Shown here in pieces: positions 36,758 through 45,990 of a stretch of DNA of 64,000 nt. Position 1 is the stretch's first letter, and every line of letters begins with the position of its first letter. The stretch lies in the IMG/VR virus record IMGVR_UViG_3300030109_001309, positions 5,276 to 69,275 of that record; one strand, written 5' to 3'. The notes under the pieces are model-generated. The model was not told the DNA's origin, made no database searches, and saw only the letters and a program-made list of their open reading frames with translations. This stretch comes from a virus. Position numbers and translations under genes: made by a program.

Positions 36758-39700
36758 ATGCATCAGCAAATGTTATTTGCTAGTCTAGCTGGTGCAAGTG
36801 GTTACACCATAACTCATGCATTAGTGTTCGATGGCTCCGCTGATTATTTAAGTTGGACACCAAGTTCTGGCAGTACGAATACATCCATCACTTATTCTTT
36901 TTGGGCAAAACGTGTAGGACTGACAGCGTATGGTGCTGTATTAGGAGGATCATCTGGGGGAGGCAAATCAGACTACATAAGATTTTCAAACAATGATGCG
37001 TTTGAAACTATTGGTGACGATGGTAACGATTGGAGCGTTAAGACAAATGCTTTGTATCGTGACACAACAGCTTGGGCTAACTATGTTGTATCTTTTAATA
37101 ATACTTCAGATGTTAGAATGTGGGTCAACGGAACTGAAATTACGAGCTTCGCTACTAACACAGAATCTGGCACTATGGGTGGCTGGCTCAGAGCAACCGA
37201 ACAGTTTGTTGGTAAAAATGCTGCTAATCAAATGTATAACGGTTATTTAGCAGATGTTATTTGTCTTGATGGAATTAATGTAACTAATGCTGATAACTTT
37301 GGTGAATATGATTCAGATACAGGCATTTGGGTGCCAAAAAACCCTAGTGATATAAGCTCATTTGGCACTAACGGTTTCTGGCTGGATTTTAGTGACGGCA
37401 CTAAAATTGGAAATAATGCCGCTGGTAACACTCAGCCACTAATAACTACTAATCAACAAAGATCAACTAATAGCAGTGGCAGTCAAGATCATCATAATAT
37501 TACTGCTGGTGCCTCAGACGATGGTGCTATAGGGCAATCGTTTCAAGTTAGTAGCACTGATCCAATCTATGGAATTCAATTAAGAACAGGTACATTTGCA
37601 GCAAATACCATTGGTATTAGAATTGAAACAAATAATTCAGGTGCGCCAAGTGGGACATTAGTAGCGTCTAGTGCAAAAAATGACAGTTTTGCTTTGCCTG
37701 GAACTAATCAAGTTTCAGGAATAATTCCTTTAGATTCACCATTTACCCCTGTTGCTGGTACTTCATATTGGATAAAAGTTACTGGTGTAAGTGGAGCGTC
37801 ATCTATTTCGATAGGTGGAAACGGAACAGGAACTAATCAATATCCTGATGGAAGGTCTTATCGTTATGGGTCATCATATAATAGTTTGTTTAACGCTGAT
37901 ATTTCTTTGTACTTTGAAATCTATCAAAACGGTACTGAAATATTTACCCCAACAAGCATAGGCGCAAACAATGTAGTTGCTGACTCATGTACAAATAATT
38001 CCAGTGGCGAGACTAAACTATATCCAGCTTTAAATCCACTAACTAAACATTCTAGTATAAATTTAACAAATAGTAATTTGACTCATACAGGCACAGATAT
38101 TAATTTTGACACAAATACCAAAGTTAATTTTCCATTACCTTCTACTGGTAAATTTTATTTTGAGCTTGTAGCTGGCAATACAACTGGACTTTACGTAGGT
38201 GTTGCTGTAGGTAGTACCGCAAGTAACGAAAGTGGTAATGCAGCCAATAAAGGATTTTTGTATAATCAGGCAAATGGAAAATTTTATGCTAATCCAATTA
38301 CGGTTTCCTCTGGAGCTGCTTATGGCAATTCGTGGACAACCAACGATGTCATAGGTGTTGCTATTGACATGACTAATGGCGGTGATATGTGGTTTGCTAA
38401 AAACAATACTTGGCAATCGTCGGCAACTGCTAGTGAGATTGCTGCCGGTACAACGACTAATGCAGCCGTAACAAATATGCCTACAAATACAACAAATGGA
38501 CGCAGTTACGATGGGTCAGGTTTGTTTGTTTCTATTGGAGATAGCTCTGCAAGTGGTACTGGAACTCTTAGATTTGCCTCAGGCTCTTGGTCTTACTCTC
38601 CTCCAACAGGTTTTGGAGAGTTAACTCAAACTGTTACAGGGGTTGGAAACTATGCCACAATAAACTCAGAGGCTGTCAATATTGGTGGAAACAATGATGT
38701 TACACTTTCTGATGGCAATCTAAAAGCTGTGTATGTAGCTGACCATGCTGCTGAATTTTCTATTGCTCGATTAACCAGTGGTAAATTTTACTGGGAATTA
38801 ACTAATCATACAAGTGCTGCTGGTTCAACTGGGGTTCTCGCAGGTAGTTATTACGCGAGTTATGATCGCTCTGCTAATATGAACTCTACAGGAATTTATT
38901 ACTATAATCCGTTTAATGGACAAAAAATGAAAGACGGATCTGGCACATCCTATGGAAATGCAGTCGGGGCTAATGACTGTCTTCAAGTAGCATTAGACTT
39001 AGACAATAATAAAATATGGTGGGGTGTAAACAATACGTGGCAAGCATCGGGTGATCCAGCCGCTGGAAGCAATGCCGCCTACACGGACTTAACAGACACA
39101 GACTATACCCCAGTGTTAGGTTACGGAGCAGCATATACATCTATTTTAAATACAGGGCAAACTCCATTAAAATATGATCCACCCACAGGATTCAAAACTT
39201 TAAACACTTCCAATCTTCCGGCTCCAACTGTTACTAAACCAAGTGATCATTTTAAAGCTGTAACTTTTTCTGGCACTGGCAGCGCACAGAATGTTGATAC
39301 ATTAGGATTCCGACCTGACCTGTTGATTATTAAATCGGCAACATCAACGGCTAATTTTAACTGGATTGATTCTGCTAGAGGCGCAAGTGAAATTGTATGG
39401 TCAAACGCTAATGCGGGTACAAGCACAGAGTCAACAAGTGTTACTGGATTTCGTGATGCAGGATTTTCGGTAGGTTCAGATAGCGGAAGTTATGTAAATA
39501 TTTCTGGTCAAACGATGGTTGCTTATGGGTTTAAAGCTGGCGGTGCGCCAACCGCTGACAATTCGGCGGGACAGACACCCACTAATAACAGTGTCTTTCG
39601 GAATGGTTCTGCATCAACAACGGCATTTGCTAGTGCAAATATTTATCCAACAAGAGCAAGCATTGGAACAGGCATTTCAATCCTTAAATATACTGGTAAC

Positions 39701-40300
39701 AACTCAAGTAATCAGACGCTGGCAACTGGATTAACAGGTGCGGCTGATTTTGCCATAATCAAAAGACATACTAGTGGTGGAGATTGGGCGGCTGTCGGGA
39801 TTGTTGGCAGCACTATTTACGGTATGGAACTTAATAATCCAACTAACGAGTCAGCAGTAAGCGACCAGGTTACAGCGTTTGGTAACGGAACGATCACGAT
39901 TGATGGGGGCAGTGCTAACGACCCAGTGGCTTACTCTGCATATATCTTCCAAAAAACAAGCGGTCTAATTAATTCAGGGGTATACGCAGGAAATGGAAAT
40001 GCTGATGGGCCATTCGTGTACCTTGATTTTAAGCCAGCATTTGTTTTAATTAAGGCGATTGATCGGTCAAATAACTGGCATATTTTTGACTCTGCCCGAA
40101 ATCCTAATAACGAAATAACAAACAGTGCTTTATTTCCTGATCTTTCTATAGCCGAAGGCGGCACAAATGCCATAGATTTTCTTAGTAATGGATTCAAATT
40201 ACGAACAGATCAGGTGTGGCTGAATGCCTCGTCAAGTAATAATTATATTTACCTAGCATTTGCTGAAACGCCATTCGCTTTGAATAATAGGGCAAGATAG
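36758..40300 (+). CDS. Receptor-binding/tail fibre protein with ConA-like (LamG) and two SPRY-like domains
   Basis: Repeated GKFY(F/W)EL...D(V/C)...A(I/L)D...W...NNTWQ units; YIYLAFAE C-terminus. Confidence 0.72.
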   Translation: MHQQMLFASLAGASGYTITHALVFDGSADYLSWTPSSGSTNTSITYSFWAKRVGLTAYGAVLGGSSGGGKSDYIRFSNNDAFETIGDDGNDWSVKTNALYRDTTAWANYVVSFNNTSDVRMWVNGTEITSFATNTESGTMGGWLRATEQFVGKNAANQMYNGYLADVICLDGINVTNADNFGEYDSDTGIWVPKNPSDISSFGTNGFWLDFSDGTKIGNNAAGNTQPLITTNQQRSTNSSGSQDHHNITAGASDDGAIGQSFQVSSTDPIYGIQLRTGTFAANTIGIRIETNNSGAPSGTLVASSAKNDSFALPGTNQVSGIIPLDSPFTPVAGTSYWIKVTGVSGASSISIGGNGTGTNQYPDGRSYRYGSSYNSLFNADISLYFEIYQNGTEIFTPTSIGANNVVADSCTNNSSGETKLYPALNPLTKHSSINLTNSNLTHTGTDINFDTNTKVNFPLPSTGKFYFELVAGNTTGLYVGVAVGSTASNESGNAANKGFLYNQANGKFYANPITVSSGAAYGNSWTTNDVIGVAIDMTNGGDMWFAKNNTWQSSATASEIAAGTTTNAAVTNMPTNTTNGRSYDGSGLFVSIGDSSASGTGTLRFASGSWSYSPPTGFGELTQTVTGVGNYATINSEAVNIGGNNDVTLSDGNLKAVYVADHAAEFSIARLTSGKFYWELTNHTSAAGSTGVLAGSYYASYDRSANMNSTGIYYYNPFNGQKMKDGSGTSYGNAVGANDCLQVALDLDNNKIWWGVNNTWQASGDPAAGSNAAYTDLTDTDYTPVLGYGAAYTSILNTGQTPLKYDPPTGFKTLNTSNLPAPTVTKPSDHFKAVTFSGTGSAQNVDTLGFRPDLLIIKSATSTANFNWIDSARGASEIVWSNANAGTSTESTSVTGFRDAGFSVGSDSGSYVNISGQTMVAYGFKAGGAPTADNSAGQTPTNNSVFRNGSASTTAFASANIYPTRASIGTGISILKYTGNNSSNQTLATGLTGAADFAIIKRHTSGGDWAAVGIVGSTIYGMELNNPTNESAVSDQVTAFGNGTITIDGGSANDPVAYSAYIFQKTSGLINSGVYAGNGNADGPFVYLDFKPAFVLIKAIDRSNNWHIFDSARNPNNEITNSALFPDLSIAEGGTNAIDFLSNGFKLRTDQVWLNASSSNNYIYLAFAETPFALNNRAR

Positions 40301-40440
40301 TGGTAGGAATAATTTGGGTTCGTATATTAGAGTCGGTTCCATACACTACCCAAAAACGACACAAGGAAAAAAATTGGCTAAAGAAGCTTTATACAATCGG
40401 TACAAAGCTTTTGTCACAGAAATGAGGAAAAGAAAAAACT

Positions 40441-40980
40441 ATGGACCCAGCAACTATAGCATTAAGTATAGCAGCTTGTAAAAAAGTACTTGATTCAGCT
40501 AAAGATGTTCAGTCTATAGGTCATGCTTTAGACGATCTTTGGAGTGCTGAAGAAGCACACAAAGCTAGAAAAACACCTAAAAAACAACCTACAACACGTA
40601 TGCAACAAGTTTTAAAAATACGTGCTGGAGATGAAGGGTATGATGATGACACAGCTATAAGTGCAGTAGCTAATGATGTCTTAGCTCAAAAACAAAATGA
40701 AAGAGCTATGAAAGGGTTAGCTAGAGAGATAGATAGAAAATGGGGTTACGGAACTTGGGATACTATTCTTGAAGAAAGAAACAAAAGATTAAAAGAAAAA
40801 AAAGTTAAAGATAAAGAACATAAAGAAAAAATTGAAGAAAGAAAAAAACATGATAAAGAAGTTTGGGATAAAATTTATTATTGGTCTAAAGAGTTTGGAA
40901 AGTTAATGATTATTGTTCTTTTCGCAGGATTAGGTATATGGTGGTTAATAGAAAATAGATGTATAGGAGCCGTATGTTAA
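40441..40980 (+). CDS. Hypothetical protein with coiled coil and C-terminal TM segment
   Basis: MDPATIAL start; hydrophobic C-terminus. Confidence 0.7.
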   Translation: MDPATIALSIAACKKVLDSAKDVQSIGHALDDLWSAEEAHKARKTPKKQPTTRMQQVLKIRAGDEGYDDDTAISAVANDVLAQKQNERAMKGLAREIDRKWGYGTWDTILEERNKRLKEKKVKDKEHKEKIEERKKHDKEVWDKIYYWSKEFGKLMIIVLFAGLGIWWLIENRCIGAVC

Positions 40981-41319
40981 ATGGAATTTGGAGTACGCGA
41001 AGTAGTTCAATTTGGTACACTACTTGCCAGTTTAGCAGGAGCTTTTGCTGTTGTTAAATCCCAACTATCAAGAGTTATTATAGACATTACAACTATGAGA
41101 GATGAATTACATGAATTAAATACACGGCTGGATAAAGCAGAAGCAGATTCAGCAGTGGTTAAACACCAGAATGGTGTGTTTGGAACTATACTATCACCTT
41201 CAAATTTAAAAGAACTTAATATGAACATAGCTGAATTACAAACTGAAATGAAAGTTGTGCATAAAAATCTAGATAAACTTTATACTATGCATAATGGAAG
41301 ACACCCACCTGTAAATTAA
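40981..41319 (+). CDS. Hypothetical protein with N-terminal TM segment and coiled coil
   Basis: Hydrophobic N-terminus and heptads; possibly lysis-related. Confidence 0.65.
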   Translation: MEFGVREVVQFGTLLASLAGAFAVVKSQLSRVIIDITTMRDELHELNTRLDKAEADSAVVKHQNGVFGTILSPSNLKELNMNIAELQTEMKVVHKNLDKLYTMHNGRHPPVN

Positions 41320-41331
41320 AGGAGAAAGTAA

Positions 41332-41445
41332 ATGCCTAAAGGATATGGTTACGGAAAAAAAGGTAAAGAAAAAAGTATGAAAGATAAAAATAAAATGATG
41401 GCTTCTAAAAAGAAACCTAAAAAGAAAAAGAAAATGATGGCATGA
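41332..41445 (+). CDS. Lys/Met-rich peptide, 37 aa (MPKGYGYGKKGKEKSMKDKNKMMASKKKPKKKKKMMA)
   Basis: Manual translation; RBS AAAGGAG; ATGA overlap with the next ORF. Confidence 0.65.
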   Translation: MPKGYGYGKKGKEKSMKDKNKMMASKKKPKKKKKMMA

Positions 41446-41561
41446 GTATTTATCTTGGCCCTTTAGAAGATGAAGTTTGTCCTAAATGTGGTAAAGAAAA
41501 TTGCCCATGTGACCCTGAAACTTGTACTTGTGAAGCACCTGTAGAAAATTCAGAGGAATAA
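41442..41561 (+). CDS. Cys-rich acidic peptide, 39 aa (metallothionein-like)
   Basis: MSIYLGPLEDEVCPKCGKENCPCDPETCTCEAPVENSEE. Confidence 0.6.
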   Translation: MSIYLGPLEDEVCPKCGKENCPCDPETCTCEAPVENSEE

Positions 41562-41565
41562 AAAA

Positions 41566-41814
41566 ATGGCTGTAGAACGAGCAGGAGAAAAGTTTTCAGG
41601 ATATAATAAACCTAAAAACTCTAGAAAAGGTGGTAAGAAATTTGCTGTCCTAGCTAAAGAAGGTAGTACTATTAAACTAATTAGGTTTGGTGATGCTAAC
41701 ATGACAATTAAAAAAAATAATCCTAAACGTAGAAAAAGTTTTAGGGCTAGGCACAAGTGCGATACAGCTAAATCTAAACTTACTGCAAGATATTGGAGTT
41801 GTAAAAAATGGTGA
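41566..41814 (+). CDS. Small basic phage protein
   Basis: KLIRFGD.NM...RRKSFRARHKC...ARYWSC..W pattern. Confidence 0.75.
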   Translation: MAVERAGEKFSGYNKPKNSRKGGKKFAVLAKEGSTIKLIRFGDANMTIKKNNPKRRKSFRARHKCDTAKSKLTARYWSCKKW

Positions 41815-41820
41815 AGTACT

Positions 41821-42576
41821 ATGCCTAAATTAACCTTGCTCGATATGACACAAAATATCCTTAGTGATATGGATAGTGATGAAGTTAACACAATTTCTGA
41901 TACTGTAGAATCAGGACAGGTAGCTGAAATTATTAAAACTACTTACTACGATTTAATTGCAAGTAAAGCAATACCTGAAATGTTTTCTATTGTACAGTTT
42001 GAAGGTTTAAGTAATACAGCTAAACCTAATTTTTTACAGTATCCTTCTACAGCTACAGAAATACAGTGGTTTAAATATGACTCTAGAGATACTTCTAGTG
42101 ACACTACAATTAACTACGTAGATGTTCAATATCTTGATCCTCAAACTTTTATGAACTTTATTAATAACAGAGATAACGCAGACTCAAATACCACAGCAAT
42201 TGCTGATAGCAGTGGAATTTCTTTACTTATAAGAACTGATAAAAACCCTGAGTATTGGACAAGCTTTGATGATGAGTTTGTAGTTTGTGATAGTTATGAT
42301 AGTGCTATTGAAAGTACACTACAAAAATCTAAGACCCAAGCCTACTCTAAATTAGAACCTACATTTACACTAAACAATACGTTTGTTCCTACATTAGATG
42401 TAGACTTATTTCCTTTGTTGTTAGCTACAGCTAAATCAGTAGCATTTGTTACACTTAAACAACAAGGTAATCCTGCTGCTAACGCATCTTCAAGAAATCA
42501 TTTGGTGCGTCAACAAAATAACAGACATAGATTTAGAGCAGCAAATGAAGTAACATACCCTGACTACGGCAGATAA
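41821..42576 (+). CDS. Tail tubular protein A-like (genome B)
   Basis: TLLDMTQNILS.MDSDEVN N-terminus; homologue of 2..673. Confidence 0.75.
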   Translation: MPKLTLLDMTQNILSDMDSDEVNTISDTVESGQVAEIIKTTYYDLIASKAIPEMFSIVQFEGLSNTAKPNFLQYPSTATEIQWFKYDSRDTSSDTTINYVDVQYLDPQTFMNFINNRDNADSNTTAIADSSGISLLIRTDKNPEYWTSFDDEFVVCDSYDSAIESTLQKSKTQAYSKLEPTFTLNNTFVPTLDVDLFPLLLATAKSVAFVTLKQQGNPAANASSRNHLVRQQNNRHRFRAANEVTYPDYGR

Positions 42577-42590
42577 AGAAAGGAAGACCA

Positions 42591-42824
42591 ATGCCTACTA
42601 TATTTATGACTCCGACTAAAGTTGAATACGAAATACAAAAAGATGGAGCTACAGGTTTAATTAAGTTTAGCCCTGTTGCTGGTGGAGCTATTCCAAATCT
42701 CTTAGATAGTTGGTATACATCTCAAAGATTTGCAGATGCAGCTTGGAAAACCTATGTAGATTCTTTAACTGCTTCTAAACCAGATATGAGACTTAAAGAA
42801 AATAAACCTCAAGGAACTAAATAA
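42591..42824 (+). CDS. Hypothetical protein
   Basis: Homologue of 645..947. Confidence 0.65.
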   Translation: MPTIFMTPTKVEYEIQKDGATGLIKFSPVAGGAIPNLLDSWYTSQRFADAAWKTYVDSLTASKPDMRLKENKPQGTK

Positions 42825-42829
42825 AACTA

Positions 42830-45040
42830 ATGGCTGTTGGTGCAAAACCGTATAATACTTTTGTAGCTGGTTTAATTACAGAAGCTGGTCCTTTAACATT
42901 TCCTGAAAATGCAAGCCACGATGAACTTAATTGTATTTTGTTTCGTAAAGGAAATAGACGTAGAAGGCTTGGTATTGACTACGAAAATAGTTATGCTTTA
43001 AGTTCAGCTACAATTACAGAAGCTCAAGCTAGAGACAAAGCTATTCGTACTCACGTATGGTCTTCTGTAGCTGGTAATGGTAATAGAAACTTTTTAATTA
43101 TCCAACTTGATTCTACTTTACACTACTATGATTTAAGTACTGACCCATTAAGTAATGGTAAAAAATCTTTTACTACTGATTTAAATACATACAAAGCTAC
43201 AGGCGTAACTGATGTAGGAAGTGAACCTGTTTCAGTTACATCAGGAAGAGGATTAGCAATTGTTAGTTCTAAAACTTTAGAGCCTTTTACAATTGAGTAT
43301 ATTGTTGCTTCTGATACTATTACAGTTACCCCAATTAGTTTACAAATAAGAGACTTTGATGGTGTCGATGATTCACTTGAGCCAGATGAAGAACCTAGTT
43401 CATTAACTGCTGAACATAGTTATAATTTAAAAAATCAAGGATGGAACTCTCCTGGCAGTGGGGAAGCTGATCCAACTACTACGTATCAAAGTTCTAAAAG
43501 TGTTTACCCATCTAATTCTAAACAGTGGTGGATAGCAAAAGATAATGAAGATATTTTTAAACCTGATCTTTTAGCTAAATTTAGTGGAGGTAATACTCTT
43601 GCTCCTAGAGGACATTGGTTACTTAACCCATTTTATAAAGATAGAAGCACTGTTTCAGGTGTAGCAGGAATTACAGTAGAATCAGAAGCTAACAGGGTTC
43701 AATTTGTACAATTTTTTGCAGGAAGAATTTGGTATTTTGGTGTGGACTCTAGTAAAATAAATGGTAATATATTTTTTAGTCAAGTGCTTACAGATGTAGA
43801 TCGTGCAGGAAAGTGTTACCAAGAAGGTGATCCAACATCAGAAGAAAATAATGAACTGTTAGATGATGATGGTGGTGTAATAGTTATACCTGAAATTGGA
43901 AGTATTTTAGGTTCACTTGTTGTAGATAGGTTTCTTATTATTTTTGCGAGTAATGGGTGTTGGGCTATTAGTGGTGCGTCTAATGATGGATTTAAAGCTA
44001 CTGATTTTCAAGTTAACCAAGTTACTACAGTTGGATGCAACAGCACAGGTTCAATTATTGAAGTTGAAAGTAAACCTTATTGGTGGTCTGAAACTGGAAT
44101 ATACACAATTGCTCCAGATCAAATTAGTGGAAGGTTAACAGCACAATCATTAACTCAAAATACAATTGAAACTTTTTATCAAGATGAAATTCCTTCTGTG
44201 TCTAAAGCATTTGCTCAAAGTGTATACGATCCAGCTACCAAAAGAATATACTGGTTTTATAATACAGTTGCTCCTACTAGTGGTAATCAGTATACAGCTA
44301 ATGTTAATGCAGCTTTAATTTTTGATACTTCATTAGGTGCATTTTATCCTTGGCAAATATCATCTTTAGATAGTAATAGTCCTGTTATAGCTGGAGTATT
44401 TAATACTAAGTCTGTTAATGCAGTAGATAACACAGAACTTGTAGCTGATTCAGATGGTGATTTAGTTATTCGTTCTAATGGTGATAGTGTTGTTGTTGAC
44501 GTAACAAGTATATCAGGATCAAATACATTTCTTAAATGGTTTTTCTTAGAGCCTACAGGTTCTAGTACCTACAAGTGGACATTTGGTTTGTTTAATAATG
44601 GAGATTATATTGATTGGGAAACTAAAGACGGTACAGGAAAAACTTATGAATCTTATGTCCAAACAGGTTTTGAAATTGCAGGAGATTTTGTTAAAAAGAA
44701 AACTCCACCGTACATCTACGTTTATTTTGATAAGTCTGAAACTGCTACTGCTGGTGGGGCTTTGGTTAATCCTTCATCTTGTTTCTTAACTACTAAATTT
44801 GATTGGACTGAAAGCGGAGACACAGGTAAGTGGAGTACTAGAAGACAAATATATAGGTTGAAAAGATACTTTGATAGTGGTATAATTAGTACACACCTGC
44901 CAGGAGAAACACTAGTTGTAGCTAAAGAAAAGATAAGAGGAAGAGGTAGAGCTATACAATTTAGGTTTGAAAGTGAAAGTGGAAAGGACTTTAATATACA
45001 TGGATGGCAAGCAATCTACAACGTCCAAGACGGACTATAA
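42830..45040 (+). CDS. Tail tubular protein B / nozzle-like (genome B)
   Basis: Full-length homologue of 957..3185. Confidence 0.75.
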   Translation: MAVGAKPYNTFVAGLITEAGPLTFPENASHDELNCILFRKGNRRRRLGIDYENSYALSSATITEAQARDKAIRTHVWSSVAGNGNRNFLIIQLDSTLHYYDLSTDPLSNGKKSFTTDLNTYKATGVTDVGSEPVSVTSGRGLAIVSSKTLEPFTIEYIVASDTITVTPISLQIRDFDGVDDSLEPDEEPSSLTAEHSYNLKNQGWNSPGSGEADPTTTYQSSKSVYPSNSKQWWIAKDNEDIFKPDLLAKFSGGNTLAPRGHWLLNPFYKDRSTVSGVAGITVESEANRVQFVQFFAGRIWYFGVDSSKINGNIFFSQVLTDVDRAGKCYQEGDPTSEENNELLDDDGGVIVIPEIGSILGSLVVDRFLIIFASNGCWAISGASNDGFKATDFQVNQVTTVGCNSTGSIIEVESKPYWWSETGIYTIAPDQISGRLTAQSLTQNTIETFYQDEIPSVSKAFAQSVYDPATKRIYWFYNTVAPTSGNQYTANVNAALIFDTSLGAFYPWQISSLDSNSPVIAGVFNTKSVNAVDNTELVADSDGDLVIRSNGDSVVVDVTSISGSNTFLKWFFLEPTGSSTYKWTFGLFNNGDYIDWETKDGTGKTYESYVQTGFEIAGDFVKKKTPPYIYVYFDKSETATAGGALVNPSSCFLTTKFDWTESGDTGKWSTRRQIYRLKRYFDSGIISTHLPGETLVVAKEKIRGRGRAIQFRFESESGKDFNIHGWQAIYNVQDGL

Positions 45041-45431
45041 ACCTGCAAAAAGACCGTATAAAAGTTATTTTGAAGAAAAAGGGGACTATCTTTTAAAAAT
45101 GCAATCAGGTGAAATTAAAGATAAAATACTTTTAGGGGAAAATGATTGTATTCAATTTTATGCAGAAACAGATATTCCTGGACAATTAGTTTTTCACTAT
45201 AAAGTTTTAAAATTTTCTTTATCTGATTTTAAAGAAATGAAAGCAGGATGGGGTTTAGTTTTAAATTATTTAAAAAATTTAGGAATTACAGAAATTCCTG
45301 CAAGGTGTAAACCTGATGATATTCAAAATAAAAAATTTTTTAAACTAATGGGATTTAAACATATAGACAATTGGTTATCTAAAGATAATGGTGTTGTAAT
45401 GTTAGAAGAGTATAGGTATTATAATGTGTGA
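45000..45431 (+). CDS. GNAT-fold acetyltransferase-like protein
   Basis: GITEIPA...NKKFFKLMGF resembles the GNAT C-terminal motif; RBS AAAGGA before ATG 45000. Confidence 0.55.
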   Translation: MDGKQSTTSKTDYKPAKRPYKSYFEEKGDYLLKMQSGEIKDKILLGENDCIQFYAETDIPGQLVFHYKVLKFSLSDFKEMKAGWGLVLNYLKNLGITEIPARCKPDDIQNKKFFKLMGFKHIDNWLSKDNGVVMLEEYRYYNV

Positions 45432-45990
45432 TCCAATAACAGGTATTATTATAAGCTCAGTAATTAGTGGTGGCTTTCAGTATATGGGGCAAAAAAAACA
45501 GATGAAAGCTGCAAAAAGAAGGGCTGCTGAAGCTGCCGCCGCTAGGCAAAGAGGAGAAGCTTTACAACGTAGGCGTGATGATATTATGGCATCTAGGCAA
45601 CGCCGTAGGTCAGCCGCAGAAGCTCGCAGATTACGTGCTACCGCAGTTAACGTAGGCGCACAAAGAGGCTTCGGTGGAGCTATAGGACAACAAGGAAGTA
45701 CCCTTGCTGGTTTTCAAGGGAGTATCCAAAGCCAGCTTAATTATAACAACGCATTTATAAATCGTGTGACAGAGGTAAACCAAGGAATAAGAAGTGCATT
45801 TGGACAAGCTCAAGATATTGCTTCTAGACCAATTAGTGCTGGAATGGGCCTAATGGCTTTTGGTAATTTAGTAGGAAGTGTAGGAAAAAGTTATTTTGGT
45901 ATGAAAGCTAGATTTAATCCTGGAACAGGATATAATGAAGCAAATTTAGGAGAAATGGGGCAAGGTTCTTTGTATGGGAATTATGAATAA
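45424..45990 (+). CDS. Small internal virion protein (genome B)
   Basis: MCDP start; homologous to 3188..3691. Confidence 0.6.
   Translation: MCDPITGIIISSVISGGFQYMGQKKQMKAAKRRAAEAAAARQRGEALQRRRDDIMASRQRRRSAAEARRLRATAVNVGAQRGFGGAIGQQGSTLAGFQGSIQSQLNYNNAFINRVTEVNQGIRSAFGQAQDIASRPISAGMGLMAFGNLVGSVGKSYFGMKARFNPGTGYNEANLGEMGQGSLYGNYE

Noticed and set aside
36758-40300. Diversity-generating retroelement or retron
   Set aside because: No reverse transcriptase in the window and no adenine-specific template/variable repeat pair noticed.
40300-40425. Possible 41-aa GTG-start ORF after the tail fibre
   Set aside because: Weak RBS and no motif or homologue in the window; cannot be supported.
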